Positions 13,001 through 30,839 of a stretch of 64,000 bases of DNA are shown here, piece by piece. A model generated the notes under the pieces. The model searched no databases. It worked only from the letters and a program-made list of their open reading frames with translations, and was not told where the DNA came from. Source of the DNA: Macrostomum lignano (lineage: Eukaryota); contig NIVC01000430.1 of assembly GCA_002269645.1 (NCBI GenBank), positions 136,766-200,765 of the forward strand, given 5' to 3'. How positions within the stretch are numbered: position 1 is the stretch's first letter; every line of letters begins with the position of its first letter. Both the position numbers and the translations under genes were made by a program.

Positions 13001-16000
13001 TATTTGTTTACTTATAAATTACATAACGGATTTTAAGAACATTTCATAATCATAACCTACAAACTGTGTATGAACAGGAATTGTCATTTTACCTGAAGAC
13101 TTTGGAGCTGGAAGTGCGTCTGAAATCTCAGCGTTGTCTTCTATCTATATATTTGTTTTAAAACAAGTTTTCATCTTTGTTAAGTTAAAAAGTTCTGTTC
13201 TTAATCTTTAGCATGCAAATGTGTACTACTGTTAGTAGCCAAAGCCTTACAATGCCTAGTAAGTAGAACAGGGGTTGGCAAGCTCCGGACCGCAAAGCCT
13301 CTCTATCTGGGCCTCGGGTCCTTTGATACTCTACAATAGCAATCCGTCCGCGCAAGGTTTGTGTCTCTTCTCAGCTCTCTTCTCTTTGATCTCATTTTCT
13401 CTCCTCTCCTATCCTCTACTCTCTTCTCCTCTCCTCTCTTCTCTCCTCTCCTTTTTTCCTCTTCTCCTCGTCTCTACTCTCCTCTCCTCTCCTCCTCTCC
13501 TCTCCTTTTCTCTCCTCTCCTCTCCTCTCCTCTCCTCTCCTCTCCTCTCGCCTCTCCTTTCCTCGCCTCTCCTCTCCTCTCCTCTCCTCTCCTCTTCTCT
13601 CCTCTCCTCTTCTCTCCTCTCCTCTCCTTTTCTCTCCTCTTCTCTCCTCTCCTCTCCTTTTCTCTCCTCTCCTCTTCTCTCTCCTCTCCTCTCCTCGCCT
13701 CTCCTTGCCTCTCACTTCTCTTCCTCCTCTCCTCCCCTCTCGTCTCCTCTCTTCTTCTTTATCCCCTCGCCGTTCCTTTCTCATATCTCTCCATCTGCCT
13801 CTTGTTGTAAAAAAGTGTGCCGACCCCTGAAGCAGAGAAAAGTGGTGACACATGTTCAATGTTCAGTTCGCATGAAATTTCTGTTGATAAACGTTCTCTT
13901 TCACACTTAAATGGTTTAGAAATCTTTCCTTGTGCACTACTTGTCAAGTATATATAGCGGGATATGCAAATCTAATTATAAAATCAAAACTGTCACCGCA
14001 GTTGGAGCACGAGCTGGCTTTGAGTCGGCTGTCTGCTCATCAGAGAACTCTGGCATCCCAGTCTCAGCAGGGGGCACCGGCTTCATCCCAGTCTCCTCGA
14101 CCGCCGTCCACTAGACAGGCGATTTCGCAATCAGCCACGAATCACAGTCCGGGTGGCGGAGTTGGGCAGACATCTGGCACAGTGTGCGCTGCTTGTGGCG
14201 AACAGATTCACGGACAGGTTGGTGACAGTGCAGATTGACGATATTTTGCGGTCTAGTATGAGTGAGAAAATGTGTTTATTTATAGCCTATGAGTGTTTAT
14301 GTGTACCTTATATAAGTGCACGGGTGTGTCTGTGTTTATTTGGAGCCCGTAGGTGTTTATAATATGTTTATTGAAATTTATTAGTGTGTTTGTGTGTTTA
14401 TTGAATTTTATGAGTGTGTTTATGTGTTTATATTAGCCAATGGGTGTGTTTGTCTGTTTATTGAAGTATATGAGTGTGTTTATGTGTTAATTGAAGTATA
14501 TGAGTGTGCTTATGTGTTTATATTAGCTAATGGGTGTGTTTGTGTGTTTATTGAAGTATATAAGTGTGTTTATGTGTTTATATAAGCCCATGGGCGTGTT
14601 TATGTGTTTATATAAGCCCACGGGTATTTTGTGTTTATTTAGAGCCCATGTGTGTTTATGTGTTTTTTTATAAACTATGACTCTGAGTGTTTTTTGTGTT
14701 TATATAAGCCCATGGATGTGTTTATGTGCTTATTTATAGCCTATGACTATGAGTGTGTTTATGTCGGCCCATGGGTGTATTTATGTGTTTATTAGAGCCT
14801 ATAAGTATGTTTGTGTTTATTAAAGCCTACGAGTGTTTCTATTCGATCAAATAAATTTGTTTATGAATAAATAAATATATGAATGCGTAGGCAAATAAAT
14901 CAGTGCGTTTATATATACGAGCCTATGAAATATGATTGTTTATATTATAACGTTTATAGATGTGAATTCATAGTGTGCTTAGTTGTTTACATTCGCAACC
15001 GGCTGCTCCCAGATGGTGCAAGCGCTCGGTCGGGCCTGGCACCTGCATCATTTCGTGTGCGCCGGCGGCTGCGGCTCCCAGCTTAGCCAGCAGACATTCT
15101 ATGAAGTCTCAAATTCTCCCTACTGTGAGCCCTGCTATCAGTTGGAATTCTCGCCGAAATGCGCCCAATGCGACGGCGCCATCTTGGACAGGTGTCTGAC
15201 TGCCCTAGGCCGGCGCTGGCATCCCGAGCACTTCTTCTGCCAGATGTGCACCGCGCCGTTTAGCGAGACCTCCGGTTTTCACGAGAAAGACGGCCGGCCC
15301 TATTGCCTAGACTGCTACAGCGATCAGTTTGCGCCGAAATGCCGGGGCTGCTCTGCTCCCATTACTGCTAATTATGTCACCGCCATGGCCAGCATGTGGC
15401 ATCCTGAGTGCTTTGTGTGTCAGGTGAGTCACTGTGTCTTGTTATTGTCTTTGTCACTGTGTCTTTGTCACTGTGTCTTTGCCACTGTGTCTTTGTCACT
15501 GTGTCTTTGTTACTGTGTCTTTTGTTATTGTCTTTGTCACTGTGTCTTTGTCACTGTGTCTTTGTTACTGCTTCTTTGTTACTGTGTCTTTGTTACTGTG
15601 TCTGTCACTGTCTTGTCATTGTGTCTTTCACTGTGTCTTTTTACTGTGTCTTTCACTGTGTCTTAGTTACTGTGTCTTTTTACTGTCTTTGTTACTGTGA
15701 CAGTCACAGTGTCTTCGCTGCAGTGTCAGTCACGCTGTCCTGGTGATAGTCACTAGGTGATTGGTGATGCAAGGAGCTAGATTATCAGTGGTGCAGGGAG
15801 CGAGTGATACAAGAAGTAGGAATTTTTCAGATACTTTATCTTAATTTATGATAAAACTAGCAAAAATGTTGCAGAAAAAAAAGTGACTTTATATCGTGAA
15901 CTTAAGTACAGACTCGGAAGCCTAATCCTCAAGTTCAGACGTGCCAGAGATGCCGCAGTATACGAGGCTGGAGACTCGCCGCCGCAGTGCACTGAGATAA

Positions 16001-17516
16001 TGAGATTGCTAAGTCCCGGCCTAGCTTAGGAATACCACGCTGAGCCTCGTGACCTGGAATAATTTACTTTTTTATGCGCAACCCCGGCGGCCTCAGATGA
16101 TCGAGTTTTGGCTGAAAAGTTATCTCAAGTCATACCGCTTTGCTCATGGATGCTGACTTGGCTAAGTTAACACAGCTCCCTACCCACTCTACTGAGCCAG
16201 CATCCGCTCCCTCCCCACTCTACTGAGCCAGCATCCGCTCCCTCCCCACTCTATCTAACCAGCATCCGCTCCCTCCCCACTCTATCCAACCAGCGTCCAC
16301 TCCCTCCCCACTCTACCGAACCAGCATCCGCTCCCTACCCACTCTGCCGAGCCAGCATCCGCTCCCTCCCCACTCTATCAAACCAGCATCCGCTCCCTCC
16401 CCACTCTACTGAGCCAGCATCCGCTCCCTCCCCACTCTGCCGAGCCAGCATCCGCTCCCTCCCCACTCTATCAAACCAGCATCCGCTCCCTCCCCACTCT
16501 ACCGAGCCAGCATCCGCCCCTCCCCACTCTACCGAGCCAGCATCCGCTCTCCCCACTCTATCAAACCAGCATCCGCTCCCTCCCCACTCTACCGAGCCAG
16601 CATCCGCCCCTCCCCACTCTACCGAGCCAGCATCCGCTCTCCCCACTCTATCAAACCAGCATCCGCTCCCTCCCCACTCTACCGAGCCAGCATCCGCTCT
16701 CCCCACTCTACCAAGCCAGCATCCGCTCCCTACCTTCAATACAGGACTGCGGTCGCGACCTTGGCGGCGGCAACTTTTACGACCTGTCTGGGCGGCCGTA
16801 CTGCGAGCAGCATTACCATACCAGGCGGGGCACCCTGTGCGTGGCCTGCGAAAGAGCCATCACCAGCCGCTGCATCACCGCTATGGGGCGCAAATTTCAT
16901 CCGGAATGCTTCAAGTGCGCCTTCTGCAACAAGCAGCTCAGCCAGGGAACTTTTAAGGTAATTCTTTCTTAACAGTGTTTGTGTCTTTGTGTACAAATGC
17001 ACTACATGGTGTACAAATGCACTACAGGTTGTATAAATGCAGTACAGGGTGTACAAATGCAGTAAAGAGTTTACAAATGCCGTACAGGGTGTACAAATGC
17101 AGTACAGGGTGTACAAATGCCGTACAGGGTGTACAAATGCAGTACAGGGTGTAAAAATTCAGTACAGGGTGTAAAAATGCAGTACAGGGTGTACAAATGC
17201 AGTACAGGGTGTACAAATGCAGTACAGGGTGTACAAATCCCGTACAGGGTGCGCAAATTCAGTGCAGCCTATTCCAAACACCATTGTGAAGAACTGCAAT
17301 TGTTTATTGCCAGCCAAGCAATTTCTCTCTTCTGTTGTGCCGTAACTCGTGACCTGTGCGTTTTGTTGCATCTCACAATATGCTGCATTTTGTTGCTGCT
17401 TCTGACATTCTCCAAGGTAACTAACTCTGTACTACACCCACACTCCGCTATTGCAGGAAAAAGAGAGCAAGCCCTATTGCAGCGACTGCTACGGGAAATT
17501 GTTTAGCAAAAAGTGA
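10039..17516 (+). CDS. PXN: Paxillin-family LD/LIM adaptor, ~395-400 aa; exons 10039-10051, 11121-11203, (11247-11261 possible microexon), 11530-11626, 11944-11980, 12910-12967, 14002-14217, 15013-15423, 16745-16957, 17457-17516
   Basis: LD-like motifs [25 protein letters not shown] and [11 protein letters not shown]. Four LIM domains ([27 protein letters not shown]..., [24 protein letters not shown]...[12 protein letters not shown]). Consistent GT..AG phases (1188 nt without the microexon). Confidence 0.93.
12165..12780. repeat. Minisatellite, 17-19 bp unit (CCCCTAAGCTTCACAAT), paxillin intron
   Basis: More than 30 tandem copies with an AAGCTT core. Confidence 0.95.
13269..13829. mobile_element. 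hAT-type MITE, 561 bp, containing a CT-rich microsatellite (13395-13760)
   Basis: TIRs CAGGGGTTGGCAA (13269-13281) and reverse complement of 13817-13829, CAGGGGTCGGCAC (11/13 match). Degenerate 8-bp TSD AAGTAGAA / AAGCAGAG with the central TA typical of hAT-Charlie. Confidence 0.75.
14270..14850. repeat. Degenerate TG-rich minisatellite (GTGTTTAT core)
   Basis: Imperfect tandem GTGTTTAT/GTGTGTTT units. Confidence 0.8.
15430..15700. repeat. Minisatellite, ~14 bp (CACTGTGTCTTTGT), starting 6 nt after the donor at 15424
   Basis: Tandem copies; explains the Cys/Leu/Val tail of ORF 14983-15666. Confidence 0.9.
16170..16735. repeat. Minisatellite, 30-31 bp (GAGCCAGCATCCGCTCCCTCCCCACTCTACC)
   Basis: About 18 copies; core is the reverse complement of the 17693-18061 array core. 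Confidence 0.95.
16985..17250. repeat. Minisatellite, 20 bp (GTACAGGGTGTACAAATGCA), last paxillin intron
   Basis: About 12 tandem copies. Confidence 0.95.
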
Positions 17517-17692
17517 ACCAATATTCAATATTCAACATTCTATGCCCTGCTTTGGTAACAAATAATGACACTTTTCTATTACTATATTATCTGTGTGTAA
17601 AAATTTGCCGGAAATTTATCATATTCCTTATCGTCGCTGTTCTGTAAGTTTCCCTGCTTTTTAAACATTTATAGATTCTAAACTACTGCGGT

Positions 17693-18061
17693 AGAGTGGG
17701 TAGGGAGCGGATGCTGGCACAGCACAGAGTGGGTAGGGAGCGGATGCTGGGCACTGTACAGAGTGGGTAGGGAGCGGATGCTGGGCACTGTACAGAGTGG
17801 ATAGGGAGCGGATGCTGGGCACTGTACAGAGTGGGTAGGGAGCGGATGCTGGCACAGCACAGAGAAGGTAGGCAGCGGATGCTGTCACAACACAGAATGG
17901 TTAGGCAGCGGATGCTAGGCACTGTACAGAGTGGGTAGGGAGCGGATGCTGGCACAGCACAGAGTGGGTAGGGAGCGGATGCTGGCACAGCACAGAGTGG
18001 GTAGGGAGCGGATGCTGGCACAACACAGAGTGGGTAGGGAGCGGATGCTGGCACAGCACAG
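17693..18061. repeat. Minisatellite, 33-34 bp (AGAGTGGGTAGGGAGCGGATGCTGGCACAGCAC), downstream of paxillin stop
   Basis: About 11 tandem copies. Confidence 0.95.
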
Positions 18062-18555
18062 ATTTAGGAGGCAGCACTATTAATTTAACGACTCAGAAAC
18101 ATTTTGATTTAATCTATTCTGCCTATTATTGTTCTTGACACGCACTCAGTTTTTTTAAGGTAGCGTAATGGCCTTCAACAGTAATCAAATCACCTGATAC
18201 TTCATGGAGGTAATTTTTCGTTAAAGCAGCTTCTCATTGTGAAGAAGTATGTCAACTTGACTAAATATCAACTGACAGAGCCGGAAGCGAACGATAATCT
18301 GTCATTTTCTGGCATTGAAATTTTAACTTTTGTGTCCTTTTATGGTCGCTAAATATGAAAATCAAGCATATCAATAAATTTTGTATCGTCTTTGTATCCA
18401 TCTGCAGATTCATTTTTACAGTTTGCTGTTTTCTTTTTTTCTAACTGCGTCTGTTTTGGCATTGTGTCTACTGTTATTTATTTCAATGTTAACAGACAGG
18501 CTGATTAGTTCAATCAGTGCGTGAAATCCAGCATTTCATTCGGTACGGGCTTGGC

Positions 18556-18560
18556 AGACT

Positions 18561-18596
<36 letters not shown>

Positions 18597-18826
18597 CTAA
18601 GACAGACACACAGACAGACACACAGACAGACAGACAGACAGACAGACACACAGACAGACACACAGACAGACAGACACACAGACACACAGACAGACACACA
18701 GACAGACAGACACACAGACAGACAGGAAGACAGACAGACAGACAGGAAGACAGACAGACACACAGACAGACACACAGACAGACAGACACACAGACAGACA
18801 GACACACAGACAGACAGACACAGGCA
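18556..18826. repeat. (CAGA)n / (CACAGA)n microsatellite
   Basis: Direct inspection. Confidence 0.97.
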
Positions 18827-19419
18827 GTCAGATCGAGAGAGAAACTGGCAGGCAGGCAGGCGTGCACTCTGGCATCAGTTTGGCTCTAATTGGAAGCAGA
18901 GAAAGAGCAGTCTGCACTCTGCAGTATGCAAATGGTGTCACAGCAAGTGCTCTCATCTCCCCATACCGTATGTTGTCAACTTATTCTCGTGGCGACTGCG
19001 AAATTCTGTTAAACCCTCCAGATCGCGGACTTCTCTAAGCTTCACTTGGTGCCCTCTAGTCTTATCAGTTTGCGGACTCTCCCTCTCTCTCCATGGGTCT
19101 TGCCGAGGTTGCTAATTAATTATGGGCCAAGCTAATTATGGGAACAGGACCCTGCAGTAGCGTCTTTTCGCTGCCAAGTCCCCTAGCGGTCTCCTACTGT
19201 CTCTTTCTGTCTCTAATCCCTACATTTCTCCATCCACCCCGTGATCGGATCGGTGTTAATCCCCTAGAGACTTTAGAGAAAGAGAGAAGCTGGATTGATG
19301 AAGCTTCTGGGATACTGAGAACAGACTGGCAGCTGTGAGATGCACATCTGTAGGTACAGTTTCTAATTTAGATTGTGAGACCTAGTTAATTTCTCAAGTT
19401 GCCTTTGAGATTCATGGGC

Positions 19420-20470
19420 TAGTATGCTGTCTATGGGCTGGTGTTTATATGCTGTCTATGGGCTGGTGTTTATATGCTGTCTATGGGCTAGTGCGTTTAT
19501 GCTGTCTATGGGCTGGTGTTTATATGCTGTCTATGGGCTGGTGTTTATGCTGTCTATGGGCTGGTGTTTATGCTGTCTATGGGCTGGTGTTTATATGTTA
19601 TCTATGGGCTGGTGCTTATATGCTGTCTATGGGCTGGTGTTTAAATGCTGTCTATGGGCTGGTGTTTATATGCTGTCTATGGGCTGGTGTTTAAATGCTG
19701 TCTATGGACTGGTGTTTAAGCTGTCTGGGCTGGTGCTTATATGCTGTCTATGGGCTGGTGTTTATATGTTGTCTATGGGCTGGTGTTTATATGCTGTCTA
19801 TGGGCTGGTGTTTATGCTGTCTATGGGCTGGTGCTATTATATGCTGTCTATGGGCTGGTGCTTATATGCTGTCTATGGGCTGGTGTTTATATGCTGTCTA
19901 TGGGCTGGTGTTTATGCTGTCTGTGGGCTGGTGTTTATATGTTATCTATGGGCTGGTGCTTATATGCTGTCTATGGGCTGGTGTTTATATGCTGTCTATG
20001 GGCTGGTGTTTATGCTGTCTATGGGCTGGTGTTTATGCTGTCTATGGGCTGGTGTTTATGCTGTCTATGGGCTGGTGTTTATATGCTGTCTATGGGCTGG
20101 TGTTTATGCTGTCTGGGCTGGTGTTTAAATATGTTATCTATGGGCTGGTGCTTATATGCTGTCTATGGGCTAGTGCGTTTATGCTGTCTATGGGCTGGTG
20201 TTTATATGCTGTCTATGGGCTGGTGTTTATGCTGTCTATGGGCTGGTGTTTATGCTGTCTATGGGCTGGTGTTTATGCTGTCTATGGGCTGGTGTTTATA
20301 TGTTGTCTATGGGCTGGTGTTTATGCTGTCTATGGGCTGGTGTTTATGCTGTCTATGGGCTGGTGTTTATGCTGTCTATGGGCTGGTGTTTATGCTGTCT
20401 ATGGGCTGGTGTTTATGCTGTCTATTGGCTGGTGCTTATATGCTGTCTAAAGGCTAGTGTTTATGCTGTC
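19420..20470. repeat. Minisatellite, 23/25 bp (ATGCTGTCTATGGGCTGGTGTTT[AT])
   Basis: More than 40 tandem copies; source of ORFs 19424-20551. Confidence 0.97.
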
Positions 20471-20764
20471 GAAGCCAAAACCACCGAGAGCTTTTCTCAA
20501 AAAGAACATTTTGACACTGAAAAAATAACTGACTTTTCTCTCCGCAGCTAAAGCACACCAATTGGGCGTATTTTAAGAAGATGCAGGAAATCGAGAAAAT
20601 TAATTTTCAACCATTTTTTATTAAATTAATCAACCCCTTGATAACTGTAGGCTGCAGCTGAGCTCTCTGCGTCTGTCAGATTAATCTGCGAATTGCGCTG
20701 AACCAAGTGCTGGTGCTGACACGAATGCGAAATCGGATTGCGTGTCCTGAGGGATAAAAAACTG

Positions 20765-23246
<2,482 letters not shown>

Positions 23247-23799
23247 CCTTATTAATGGCCTGTTTGTGGCTTTTGAAAGTTCTGCGCTGATGCTATGGGG
23301 TATTTCCGCCCTAATCTGGCCACCCCAGGCAAAGTGATTCTATTTATTTCTCTGCAGTCAGCTTCTACCCAGCTCTAGCGCAGCCAATCACGTTCCAGTG
23401 GTTGCACTGGTTGTTCGATTGGATTTTGGGCATATCCAAGTATCCAAGTGGGAGCGAGGGAGAGAGGGAGAGAGAGAAGGGGCTTCTTGAGCTCCGAGAG
23501 TGACAAGAAGGATTCTCATCAAGAGTTGAGGGTGCAAAATTTCTGTTTCTCTTAGACGAAAAATCGAGATTGAACGCAGCGGACGGTAAGGGGTGTCGAG
23601 AATGCTTTTAGTGCGTGTAATAACAGAAATATTCAGGACTATGCATTGCTCCGCTTACACGTTGCTACATATGCTGCTAAACTGCTAATATTGTGTTCAC
23701 TCATAAAGTGCCATCTTTACACGTTAGTTTACCTGCGAGCTATGGGCGAGCTATATACCGGGACGAGGGAAGTGAGCTAGGGGAACCTATGGGACATAA

Positions 23800-23821
23800 G
23801 GGAAGAGGGGAGAGAAATGAG

Positions 23822-23870
<49 letters not shown>

Positions 23871-24175
23871 GGAGAGAGAAATGAAGAGAGGGAAAGAGAG
23901 AGGAAGACAGAGGGGGAAGAGAGACAGGAAAAGAGGGTAAGAGAGACAGGAAGAGAGTGGAAGAGAGACAGGAAGAGAGTGGAAGAGAGACAGGAAGAGA
24001 GTGGAAGAGAGACAGGAAGAGAGTGGAAGAGAGACAGGAAGAGAGGGGAAGAGAGACAGGAAGAGAGTGGAAGAGAGACAGGAAGAGAGTGGAAGAGAGA
24101 CAGGAAGAGAGTGGAAGAGAGACAGGAAGAGAGTGGAAGAGAGACAAGAAGAGAGGGGAAGAGAGACAGGAGGAG
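23800..24175. repeat. GA-rich micro/minisatellite (GGAAGAGAGACAGGAAGAGAGT)
   Basis: Direct inspection. Confidence 0.9.
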
Positions 24176-24653
24176 ATGCAGCAAACGGAATTTCTATATT
24201 TTTCTCTTACCTGTTTCCTTTTTATAGTTATTAGTTCTAATTTTCAGAGAACTCGTAAAAATCTACCATTTAGGTTCGTAAGCTAGGTAGTGTTAAAAAG
24301 TTCTCAAGTCATATCCTTGCAACATGTCATTAGTGAATAAGTAAAACCCCATCGCTCGTACTAGAGCAGATTGAGTGAATAATTACTGTGATAATGAACT
24401 ATCATATTACACTCTCGTTAAAAAAGCATGGTTTCTGTGGGTGGCTCAGTGAGATCAGCTTAGCTCGCACTTCTTACTTAGTAGCTTGTAGCATCTTTTT
24501 TTAGCAACCGTTGCACCTAAATCGATCTGCTTGCTGATCGGAGGCTGCACTAGACTAGCTCCATCAGCGAAGTCCTCATCAGAGCCGAGTGGACAAGTTA
24601 AACAAAGCAAGACAGCTAGGGTTTTTTTCGCTTAGCTGATAAAAGTGCAAGCG

Positions 24654-28590
<3,937 letters not shown>

Positions 28591-29279
28591 GTAGATAAGG
28601 ATTCCGAGAGTCGCTAATGCGCTGCTGATAATAGATTGAGGATTTCAAAGGGAAAAAAGGGGGATGCAGTGCTTCCTTACCAACGGGTGCTCCGAGTAAA
28701 TAGCTCTGATCTGTTGCTAGAATGCTACAGTTGCAATGTGAAATGCGCTTGAAGAAGAGAGATCGTATCCTGTATTAGTAAAGAGCAGGCTCTGCTTAAA
28801 AAGCAGAGCTCAATAGATATGAGCTACAGCAGTGGCATTTTTGGAATGAAAAGGGCATCTAAAAAAGATCACAGCCACTTATTTAACAATGCAGCGATTT
28901 AACTAGCTTCAGGTAGCTCGTGTTGCTGTGAAAACAATTTTTACATGGTAAAATTGATTTTAAGAATCTAGAATGGCTTTCTTAGTCGTTGATAGGAATA
29001 GAGAAAATGAGGAGAGGAGAAGGGGTAGAGAGAGGTAAATAGAGAAGATCAAGAGGATGAGAGAAGGGCACCTCCTTTCCAAAAAAGCGCAGACACGGTT
29101 AAAGTACATCCAAAATTAATTAGATCAAGTGGTTATAAAATTCCACAAGGATGAAAAGAGGAGTAAAAAAGTCACTGCAACAATAGTCGCACGCATTGAA
29201 ATGCAAAAATACTAAGATAGAAAGAGTGTGCTAGTGTATGATGCCGTTCTTACTGAATGTGCATAAAATTAGTCGCTGG

Positions 29280-30510
29280 GAGAGAGGGACAGAGGGGAGG
29301 GAAAGCGAGAGAGGAGGGACAGAGATAGGGAGAGACATAGAGAGGGAGGGAGAGGGAGAAGGAGAGAAGAGGGAGAGGAAGAGAGGAAGAGAGGGGAGAG
29401 GGCGAGAGAGGAGAGAGATAGAGAGAGAGGGATGGAGAGTGAGAGAGAGAGGGAGGGAGAGTGAGAGAGAGAGAGGGGACTCCTAGATTCTCCTATATTC
29501 TTCATGGACTCCTAAAAGGGTGCTTTAATAAAGTCGTCCATGGAGAGAGAGGGGGGAGAGGGAGGGAAATAGAGGGAGATAAATAGAGAGAGGAGGGGAG
29601 AAACGGTGAGAGAGAAGGGACAGACAGAGCATGGACTCCTAAATTCAACTAGATTCTCTTATATTCTACATGGACTCCTAAAATGATTCTTAAATAAAGT
29701 CGTCCTTGGACAGAGAGAGGGAGAGAGGGAGAGAGATGGAGAGGGAGAGAGGGAGAGAGATGGAGAGGGAGAGAGGGAGAGAGATGGAGAGGAAGAGAGG
29801 GAGAGAGGGAGAGAGATAGAGAGGGAGAGAGGGAGAGAGATGGAGAGGGAGAGAGGGAGAGAGATGGAGAGGGAGAGAGGGAGAGAGATAGAGAGGGAGA
29901 GAGGGAGAGAGATGGAGAGGAAGAGTGGGAGAGAGGGAGAGAGATAGAGAGGGAGAGAGGGAGAGAGATGGAGAGGAATAGTGGGAGAGAGGGAGAGAGA
30001 TAGAGAGGGAGAGAGGGAGAGAGATGGAGAGGAAGAGAGGGAGAGAGGGAGAGAGATAGAGAGGGAGAGAGGGAGAGAGATGGAGAGGAAGAGTGGGAGA
30101 GAGGGAGAGAGATAGAGAGGGAGAGAGGGAGAGAGATGGAGAGGAAGAGTGGGAGAGAGGGAGAGAGATAGAGAGGGAGAGAGGGAGAGAGATGGAGAGG
30201 AAGAGTGGGAGAGAGGGAGAGAGATAGAGAGGGAGAGAGGCAGAGAGATAGAGAGGGAGAGAGGGAGAGAGGGAGAGAGGGAGACAGGGAGAGAGATAGA
30301 GAGGGAGAGAGATAGAGAGATAGAGAGGGAGAGAGAGAGAGAGATAGAGAGGGAGAGAGGGAGAGAGATAGAGGGAGAGAGATAGAGAGGGAGAGAGGGA
30401 GAGAGGGAGAAAGATAGAGAGATAGAGAGGGAGAGAGGGAGAGAGGGAGAAAGATAGAGAGATAGAGAGGGAGAGAGGTAGAGAGATAGAGAGGGAGAGA
30501 GGGCAGTGGA
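29280..30510. repeat. GA-rich low-complexity/minisatellite with duplicated GGACTCCTA spacers
   Basis: Direct inspection; source of ORF 29659-30612. Confidence 0.9.
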
Positions 30511-30839
30511 GGGGAGGGGAAGTAGACAGATCTCGTTCAAAGCGGTTGTATCTTCAAAATGTCCCTCAGAGCCCACCAGAAGCAGAAAAAATGCCCCTAT
30601 CCTTTCAAGCAAATTGCCTCGCTTTCAGTGCTGCCTCTAATCAAGACGCGGCTGCTGGATTCACATGAAGCTGCAAAACAGCGGCTAGAGAAAGAAGCAA
30701 AAATATAAATTAATTGAAGCCGGGCAATGCTCAGCGAAGTGGAACGCGAGGACAGAAGCAAAAAAACATTGTTAAAAATCGCGCGTGCTCAGATGCAGCT
30801 CCGCGGGAGGCTGAGGTTGGCCCATAAATTTCTCAGATC

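Noticed and set aside
13275-13910. Leu/Ser/Pro-rich and Arg/Glu-rich ORFs
   Set aside because: Translation of the CT microsatellite within the hAT MITE.
18514-18558. Terminal minus-strand exon after the (CTGT)n tract ([14 protein letters not shown] or [15 protein letters not shown])
   Set aside because: The acceptor is plausible, but no upstream donor of convincing strength and phase links to it, and the neighbouring gene already has a stop and AATAAA.
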